Shown piece after piece: positions 57,697-64,000 of a DNA stretch of 64,000 nucleotides. The notes beneath the pieces are model-generated. The model was given only the letters and a program-made list of their open reading frames with translations, did no database searches and was not told the DNA's origin. The stretch comes from a virus: IMG/VR virus record IMGVR_UViG_3300048033_000857, positions 1 through 64,000 of that record; one strand, 5' to 3'. The position numbers and the translations under genes were made by a program. Position 1 is the first letter of the stretch, and each line of letters starts with the position of its first letter.

Positions 57697-57699
57697 ATT

Positions 57700-58245
57700 T
57701 TATTTAACCTTAATATTAAATGCTATACTAATTCTATCTTTGTTAGATTTATTTGTACTTACACTGTGCAATGTGTTGCCTGGAAATAAAATTATAACAC
57801 CTTGTTCAGGCGTAAGTACATGTCCAGTAGGACAATGCGATGCATTTGGAAATATATCTATTATATTATTAATAGGAGCATTGTAATTGTGTATTATTAA
57901 ATCTCCACTTTGCTCTGGTACGCTAACATAAAACACTCCACTGAAATCGCAACCGCCATGATGATGTACAGTATTTGATGACAGTGGAGGATTAATATTC
58001 GCCCACTGATCAATTATTTCAAAGTCTACATTTTTATTACCTAAATCTTCAAAATAGTTTGTAACATGTTTTATAATAACATTGTCAATTAAATTTAATT
58101 CACAGCTCTCACTTTGCCATCCGCCATCGTTAGAAATACTTACACTTTCTTTTTGTTGTTTTATTGCATATATTTCTTTTGCAATTTTTTGTGTTTCTAA
58201 ATTGTCTTTGGCAATGTAAAGCGGAATTGAAAATAAATTATGCAC
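57700..58245 (-). CDS. 2OG-Fe(II) oxygenase (TIGR02466-like)
   Basis: SNDGGWQS, WANIN, HHH, SGVFYV, FP..L.HSV, RISIAFN. Confidence 0.82.
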   Translation of the reverse strand: MHNLFSIPLYIAKDNLETQKIAKEIYAIKQQKESVSISNDGGWQSESCELNLIDNVIIKHVTNYFEDLGNKNVDFEIIDQWANINPPLSSNTVHHHGGCDFSGVFYVSVPEQSGDLIIHNYNAPINNIIDIFPNASHCPTGHVLTPEQGVIILFPGNTLHSVSTNKSNKDRISIAFNIKVK

Positions 58246-58665
58246 TCACTTGATCCAACCTATTTTTTTGCCATATGCTAAACGTCTATTATGTTCTTTA
58301 ACACTGCCGGGATAACGCCAAGCCCAAATAGCAACTAATGCCATAAAGCCTCCGCTCCATAGTGCAGCCTTAACATTACCTGTACTAAACCATAGGAATG
58401 CAAGCGACGATGCCATTACTAACACCATTGCATATTTTCCTTTGGTTGGAAATACACGTTTTTTTGTCCAATTAGTTAAAAATTCTCCAAACCATGGATG
58501 GTTATATAACCAGTTGTGTAATCTCGGTGAGCTCTTTGCAAAAGCCCATGCAGCAATTACAAGGAAAATACTAAAAGGTATTCCCGGTACTACAAATCCT
58601 ACGTAAGCCATGCCAACACAGAATAATCCTAGCGCAATGTATGCGTATTTTTTAATTGTATTCAT
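58246..58665 (-). CDS. YbaN/DUF454 membrane protein
   Basis: G.VVPGIP...F...[20 protein letters not shown]. Confidence 0.85.
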   Translation of the reverse strand: MNTIKKYAYIALGLFCVGMAYVGFVVPGIPFSIFLVIAAWAFAKSSPRLHNWLYNHPWFGEFLTNWTKKRVFPTKGKYAMVLVMASSLAFLWFSTGNVKAALWSGGFMALVAIWAWRYPGSVKEHNRRLAYGKKIGWIK

Positions 58666-59851
58666 TAAACACTCTTTCTAATGCGTCAACGAGGTCATTC
58701 ATCATACTGTCTGTATGATAAGGAGTAGGTGCTATTCGTAAACGCTCTGTACCCTCAGCGACTGTAGGGTAGTTAATAGGCTGAATGAATATACCATAAT
58801 CATTCAACAGGGTGTCGCTCATTGCCTTGCACCTAAAGGCATCTCCAACCATTACTGGAACAATGTGTGTGCAGGCACTATCATGTATTTCTAAACCTCT
58901 ATCACGAAGCATGTGTGATAGTGTTTCTGCACGTTCTTGATGTTGCATCCTAAGCTCAGGATGATCTCTAAGATACTTTACACTAGCTAGAGCACCTGCA
59001 CAGAGTACAGGGCTCATGCTTGTTGTAAAAATAAACCCAGATGCTACTGAGCGAACAGCATCTATGATGACTGCATCCGCTGCTATGTATCCGCCAGTAA
59101 CACCAAAGGCTTTGCCTAACGTTCCGTTGACTATGTCAACCCGATGCTCCCCAATGTGTTCGCAGTATCCTGCACCTGTTTCTCCATAAAGTCCAACAGC
59201 GTGTACTTCATCAATGTAGGTAATCGCATCGTAACGTTCGGCTAAGTCGCAAATCTCTCGAATAGGGCCGACATCACCATCCATACTATATACAGATTCA
59301 AATACGATGCACGGCGTACCGCCATCCTTGACTACTTCGGCTAATTTATTTTCGAGATCCTCTAGATCGTTGTGCCTCCATACCTTCTTAGGTGCACCAC
59401 TGTGTCTTATACCTTGGATAAGGGAGGCGTGATTCATAGAATCACTAAGATACACAATGTCGGGAACGATTGATTTAAGAGCGATAAGTGTCCACTCATT
59501 TGCGACATATGCTGACGAGTATAAAAGCGCACCACCCTTGCTATGCAAGGACGCTAGTTCTCCTTCCAGCGCAACATGATAGTGTGAAGTACCGCCTATA
59601 TTGCGTGTACCGCCAGAGCCTGCACCAGTTTGATTTAATGCAGTATGCATTGCATCAACTACTACTTTGTTCTGACCCATTCCGAGGTAATCATTTGAGC
59701 ACCAGTTTACAATCTCTTTGATTGCATACTTTCCGTACCAAATAGCTTTAGGAAACTTTCCGCGTTCACGAAGTATATCGTTGAATACACGGTACTTGCC
59801 TTCCTGTTTTAGCTCATCAAGTTTTTGTTGGAATGGTTTCTTATCTATCAT
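58652..59851 (-). CDS. hemA: 5-aminolevulinate synthase (Shemin pathway)
   Basis: [71 protein letters not shown]; start MIDKK 4 nt after minus-strand TAAATA. Confidence 0.95.
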   Translation of the reverse strand: MIDKKPFQQKLDELKQEGKYRVFNDILRERGKFPKAIWYGKYAIKEIVNWCSNDYLGMGQNKVVVDAMHTALNQTGAGSGGTRNIGGTSHYHVALEGELASLHSKGGALLYSSAYVANEWTLIALKSIVPDIVYLSDSMNHASLIQGIRHSGAPKKVWRHNDLEDLENKLAEVVKDGGTPCIVFESVYSMDGDVGPIREICDLAERYDAITYIDEVHAVGLYGETGAGYCEHIGEHRVDIVNGTLGKAFGVTGGYIAADAVIIDAVRSVASGFIFTTSMSPVLCAGALASVKYLRDHPELRMQHQERAETLSHMLRDRGLEIHDSACTHIVPVMVGDAFRCKAMSDTLLNDYGIFIQPINYPTVAEGTERLRIAPTPYHTDSMMNDLVDALERVFNEYN

Positions 59852-59881
59852 AGTGTATTTAACAACGAGATAAGTATCATT

Positions 59882-60499
59882 ATGACAGTAATGAATAACA
59901 TTTTTCCGATATTGATATATCAAAAAAACTACACAGGTGACTTAAATAAGTTGCAAGATGACATAATTCCAAATATGGAACCTGTAGTAACTGCCTCAAC
60001 TGAGAACAATCAGTTAGCAATGCGTAATGGCGCAGTATGTTCTGCAGTATCAAATTTAGATTTGTATAATATGTTTGATCTTTCTGAGTTGGAATCTTTT
60101 GTAAGATCCTGTGCATTAGAATATTGTAACAAGTTAGGTTATCGAGAAGCTAATATTATCGTTGCAAGCACTTGGATTAACAAATATCCTAAAGGAGGTT
60201 ATATAGATAATCATCATCATGCACCAAGTATAATGGGTGCAACATTTTATTTAAATAAACCTAACGGCTCGGGTGATATTGTTTTTGAAAATCCTATAGC
60301 TGCGCTAAGGAGATACGAACCTTTTAAGGCATTAGATCATGCAAATGCATATGCTGAAGAAAGTACAATTTTAAATCATAAAATTGAAGTTAAAGAAGGT
60401 GATTTAGTGTTATTCCCAGGTTGGATATTACACAGAACAGAACCAAACATGTCAAATGAAGATAGAATAGTTATTGGATTTGACATAGTATTAGATTAA
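59882..60499 (+). CDS. 2OG-Fe(II) oxygenase (TIGR02466-like)
   Basis: [28 protein letters not shown]. Confidence 0.8.
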   Translation: MTVMNNIFPILIYQKNYTGDLNKLQDDIIPNMEPVVTASTENNQLAMRNGAVCSAVSNLDLYNMFDLSELESFVRSCALEYCNKLGYREANIIVASTWINKYPKGGYIDNHHHAPSIMGATFYLNKPNGSGDIVFENPIAALRRYEPFKALDHANAYAEESTILNHKIEVKEGDLVLFPGWILHRTEPNMSNEDRIVIGFDIVLD

Positions 60500-60517
60500 T
60501 ATTTTAAGGAAAAATAA

Positions 60518-61177
60518 ATGATACCAAGAATACCAGAAGAACACCCATTAATTGAAACTAGGCAGCAATGCAGAATATATTCAGCATCAATTAAAAAGTT
60601 TAATGACCATTTTGAATATGTTTCTTTGTTTAAACGATTTAATACTATGCAATTAACTGAAGGTCATGTTGCTGACTTAGGTTCAGGCGAATGTACATTT
60701 ACAATTGCATTAGCAAAGGCATTTCCAAATATGACATTTGATTGTTACGAATTGTCAGATGAAATGATTGCAATAGCAAACGAACAAATAACACAAAATT
60801 TACTAACTGACAGAATTAATGTAATTAAACAAGATGCAACAACCGCAACTGGAAACTACGATCTTGTTATTGCAAATAGATTTTATCATCATGTACTTGA
60901 TACTAAAGCATTTTGGAATACAGTACAATCGTTAAGTGAAAATGTTTTTATAACTGACGGTATTAGGCCAGAGAGTTATGAATTAGTAAACACTTTATTA
61001 GGAGCAATGGCTCCTTTATTCGAACAGCTTTATATAGAGGAAACAAAAAATTCTATCTATGCTTGGTTTTCAGAAGCCGAATTACTAAATGATATACCTG
61101 CAAAATATAATTTAGAAATATTTAATAATGATGATATTCCTTTAAGAGAAGCGGTGATAACTACGATAAATACGTAA
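60518..61177 (+). CDS. Class I SAM-dependent methyltransferase
   Basis: VADLGSG motif I, ELSDEM, YDLV....YHH. Confidence 0.8.
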   Translation: MIPRIPEEHPLIETRQQCRIYSASIKKFNDHFEYVSLFKRFNTMQLTEGHVADLGSGECTFTIALAKAFPNMTFDCYELSDEMIAIANEQITQNLLTDRINVIKQDATTATGNYDLVIANRFYHHVLDTKAFWNTVQSLSENVFITDGIRPESYELVNTLLGAMAPLFEQLYIEETKNSIYAWFSEAELLNDIPAKYNLEIFNNDDIPLREAVITTINT

Positions 61178-61195
61178 TAGAATACGGAGATATTA

Positions 61196-61465
61196 ATGCG
61201 AGCAACAGACATTATTAGACAAATATTAGATATTATAGACGATGTTGAAACTCAAACCTCTAATATCGAAGTAAAAGTAGATAACGACGACGATGGACAT
61301 TTTAAACAAATACTGTCTATGTTAACAAACAAACAATCGTCTTATACAACCCAACCAAACGAAGTAGTTGCTCCTATTGAAGCAGTAACAACAGATGCTG
61401 GAGGCGGATTAAATGGACCTAAGCATCCAGACGATATTAGAGTAAAAGATCCAAGAGGATACTAA
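61196..61465 (+). CDS. Small late protein
   Basis: TAAATA upstream; MRATDII; AGGGLNGPKHPDDIR. Confidence 0.68.
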   Translation: MRATDIIRQILDIIDDVETQTSNIEVKVDNDDDGHFKQILSMLTNKQSSYTTQPNEVVAPIEAVTTDAGGGLNGPKHPDDIRVKDPRGY

Positions 61466-61942
61466 ATGTTTAGTTTTGACGTAGAGAACATAACCAAAGG
61501 TATCGGTGTAGTAACAGCAACGTTTGCACTGATTGGTGGCGGCTATACGTTATGGGACAAAGTAGAATCAAAAGACATACTAACTTGGGCACCGGAACAC
61601 TTCACTATATCTGATGCACCTGTTAACGGAACATTTGATGCAATCGTTGCCCGTGAAAAGCACAGAGACGATTGCAGTGTAGAAGGGTTTACACTTGAGG
61701 TAAAGGACAGCAAATACATGGTACACAAAGCAGTCCCAGGTATAACAAAGTTCTCAGGACCTGCCAGCGATAAGATAGACAAATTTGGATTTACATTTAC
61801 TATCGATGAAGAACACAGGCATATGATTGATCCAGGACCAGCAACACTATTAGCACGTATTGATTATGCTTGTCCGGAAGGACCAGTTGTTGTAGCATAT
61901 CCAGATCATGAAAATTTAACATTTAAAATACTAGAGGAATAG
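61466..61942 (+). CDS. Membrane-anchored hypothetical protein
   Basis: N-terminal transmembrane segment followed by a beta-rich domain with two Cys. Confidence 0.65.
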   Translation: MFSFDVENITKGIGVVTATFALIGGGYTLWDKVESKDILTWAPEHFTISDAPVNGTFDAIVAREKHRDDCSVEGFTLEVKDSKYMVHKAVPGITKFSGPASDKIDKFGFTFTIDEEHRHMIDPGPATLLARIDYACPEGPVVVAYPDHENLTFKILEE

Positions 61943-61945
61943 ACA

Positions 61946-62428
61946 ATGGCAAACATCACTCTCAACTATAGAGGACTCACAGGCAAGCGTGGCACAGTTA
62001 CAGTAGATGATACCGGTAATGTTTTAAGTATTATTACTGCCATCCGTGCTGATGAAGATCCTACACTAGGAATACTTACTGGCAACGACTATGACATAGC
62101 ACTCGAGCGTGACACAAGCATTACAGATGTTAATAACGGAACAGATGTTATTAGTGCCGCAGGTATAGTTGATGGTGATACTATTATTTGTATTGACGAT
62201 AAAAAGAACCTAACATCAACAAATACCAAAGAAGTAAGACAGAATCGCAAGTTAAGAATTGCAAGTGTGAAAAGATTAGCAGACAGTGTAGCAAACATTG
62301 GATCACCTAGCAATGACAGATACACCCTAAATACAGCACAGATTCCCAACCCATACGAAGGCAATGCAGTTAATCCAGACGATGATGAAAACACAGGCAG
62401 TCTTGTAGTTGGGAGACCCTGGACCTAA
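61946..62428 (+). CDS. Hypothetical protein with possible ubiquitin-like N-terminal domain
   Basis: ITLNYRGLTGKRGTVTVD..V.SI..AI..DE ... ISAAGIVDGDTIICI. Confidence 0.55.
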   Translation: MANITLNYRGLTGKRGTVTVDDTGNVLSIITAIRADEDPTLGILTGNDYDIALERDTSITDVNNGTDVISAAGIVDGDTIICIDDKKNLTSTNTKEVRQNRKLRIASVKRLADSVANIGSPSNDRYTLNTAQIPNPYEGNAVNPDDDENTGSLVVGRPWT

Positions 62429-63189
62429 TGGCAAGTAACGACAAACACATAGATTGGCACAGTGCTGTCGCATTAGGTAAAAGCGGAGGAAACAGTGTTC
62501 GCAATATTTTTGGATACAATGCGGCAATACCTAGTACCTTTGTGCCGGCCTGGGAGAACGCAACAGCCTACACCTATCCTACCACAGCTGAAACAATGAC
62601 CCTACGCTGGGACACAGCAGACGCAGGATACACAATCCTTATCAAAGGGTTAGATGCTAACTACGATGAGATACAAGAAACCATCACACTCACAGCAAGC
62701 CCAGTTACACAAACAACACAGAATCAATACTTGAGAATAAATGATTTGATTACTGTGGGCAACAACAATGGTGGTTTTAGCGATCCAGACAATGATGTTT
62801 CACTTACCAACGCAGGCAACACTGTGACCTATGCTAAGATAGCGGCAAACACAGGTAAGAACCAAGCAAGTATCTACACCGTGCCAAGAGGCTATCAGTT
62901 TGCTCTACTTCGTATCTCAGCGTTCTGTGCCTCAGCCGCACTCAACAACAGAACACTGGCTTTCCGCAATGTGGCAAGACTCAAGACTGGAGTGATTCTG
63001 CGTGTTGCTCAAACAGAGTTCTTAGAGCAGATGATTATTGATAGACAGATTCCGTTTGTGTATGATGAATGTACAGACATTGAGTTCCAACTAAAAGGAT
63101 CAGCAGGCACACAGTTTGTTGGTGTGTTCGGCGAAGGCATCCTACACGAAAAAGACTATCAGACCCAACTTAATAATCTAAGTCCATAA
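62428..63189 (+). CDS. Beta-sandwich phage protein, probably structural
   Basis: IFGYN, GLDANY.E..E, YLRIN, Q.SIYTVP.G, E.TDIE. Confidence 0.55.
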   Translation: MASNDKHIDWHSAVALGKSGGNSVRNIFGYNAAIPSTFVPAWENATAYTYPTTAETMTLRWDTADAGYTILIKGLDANYDEIQETITLTASPVTQTTQNQYLRINDLITVGNNNGGFSDPDNDVSLTNAGNTVTYAKIAANTGKNQASIYTVPRGYQFALLRISAFCASAALNNRTLAFRNVARLKTGVILRVAQTEFLEQMIIDRQIPFVYDECTDIEFQLKGSAGTQFVGVFGEGILHEKDYQTQLNNLSP

Positions 63190-63281
63190 ACGATTAACCC
63201 CTAGCTAAATTAATAACTAGGGGCTGCTACTTTATTACTTGTTATTACAGGGCTATGCCCCAAATGTTCTTTTTTATAATT

Positions 63282-63599
63282 TTATTTAGTTGGCTTACCG
63301 TTTACAAAATTGTAAAACTTATCAGCAGCTTCTAGTACAGCATCAACACCTGGTACTTCTGGCATTGCTACAGTAGTTACTACTTCATCGCCTTCTTTAG
63401 CAACGGTAGTTTCGAACGCACCCATTTTAGCATGATAGTCTTGCCATGCTTGATTCTGAGCAAACTCTAGAACCTTTGTGCGGATCTCATAACCGTTTTT
63501 ATTTGTTGTTACTTTTGGCATTGCCTGTTTAAACATATCGGCAATTTCTTGTGTTTGCTTGAGGATAGTTTCCCCGTATGTTGTTTCCACTTTTGACAT
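63282..63599 (-). CDS. Hypothetical phage protein
   Basis: KNGYEIR..VL..A, VLE.A.KFY.FV; AAAGGAG RBS; upstream TTGACA(63668-73) and TAAATA(63657-62) on the minus strand. Confidence 0.75.
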   Translation of the reverse strand: MSKVETTYGETILKQTQEIADMFKQAMPKVTTNKNGYEIRTKVLEFAQNQAWQDYHAKMGAFETTVAKEGDEVVTTVAMPEVPGVDAVLEAADKFYNFVNGKPTK

Positions 63600-63669
63600 T
63601 GTTTTCTCCTTTGTGTCTGTATGTGTGTAGTTGGCTACATTAATAATGTAACAGAGTATTTAGTGTTTG

Positions 63670-63849
63670 TCAACCACTAACATAATCTTCTTTGGGTCTG
63701 TACCAATTCTTCTGATGATGTAGTTTAGCACGAAGTTCTTGTATCTCACGCTTGCCTTCATTATCAGCATTTGATTGTAGTAGAAATAGAGCTGACTCAA
63801 TCAGCTCTAAATCTTTTACGTCTAGGTTAAACTTAGTGTTTGGTTTCAT
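63670..63849 (-). CDS. 59-aa protein (not in ORF track)
   Basis: [21 protein letters not shown]...[18 protein letters not shown]. Confidence 0.68.
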   Translation of the reverse strand: MKPNTKFNLDVKDLELIESALFLLQSNADNEGKREIQELRAKLHHQKNWYRPKEDYVSG

Positions 63850-64000
63850 TGATTGTATCTGCCATCTTATGATTTACATCCGCATGACCTTGTTCATCAT
63901 TGCGAACAGCAATTACAACATCTCTAAGAGTTGCGTCATAGTGTAAATCGTAATAGTCTTTTGCAATGTTTGGTGCAGGTATATTAGTTATTCTACCTGC
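63833..64000 (-). CDS. aox: Alternative oxidase (AOX), C-terminal 55 aa; truncated by the window edge
   Basis: Manual translation [48 protein letters not shown] matches the AOX signature PAP.IA..Y..L...A.LRDV...VR.DE..H..VNH. Confidence 0.85.
   Translation of the reverse strand, partial: AGRITNIPAPNIAKDYYDLHYDATLRDVVIAVRNDEQGHADVNHKMADTINETKH

Noticed and set aside
63752-63946. 64-aa plus-strand ORF
   Set aside because: Shadow of the minus-strand AOX C-terminus and the 59-aa gene
1-64000. Alternative genetic code (stop-codon reassignment)
   Set aside because: Standard-code ORFs tile the window densely and genes end with TAA, TAG and TGA; no suppressor tRNA seen

Overview
This 64-kb window is from a large T4-related (jumbo-type) dsDNA phage. 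The host is most likely a marine alphaproteobacterium, since the phage carries a Shemin-pathway ALA synthase, an alternative oxidase, YqgE and YbaN. Left to right it contains: (1) the terminase C-terminus, a probable head protein, and gp32/UvsX/UvsY; (2) a glycosyl-/sulfotransferase cluster; (3) UvsW, 2OG-Fe(II) oxygenases, YhhQ, KdsA/KdsB, a mini-DnaE, primase, a carbamoyltransferase and the replicative helicase; (4) a fibre protein plus a subtilase; (5) a ~10-kb leftward early module (36.8-46.1 kb) with about 19 sigma70 promoters and 3 tRNAs, bracketed by two structured non-coding blocks; (6) radical SAM, virion, muramidase and auxiliary metabolic genes. Two observations stand out, both in the early module. 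First, nearly every early gene has an unusual GAGGG(C) ribosome-binding motif, and the same strand encodes a ~200-nt terminator-ended RNA (37771-37977) plus a tRNA-adjacent element (40585-40652) whose hairpin loops display the exact complement GCCCUC. This is a candidate multi-target anti-RBS sRNA switch. Second, a ~1.9-kb zone (43515-45430) has a template strand almost free of GA and GG dinucleotides (none in ~895 nt). All calls are by eye from motifs; no database searches or folding programs were run.
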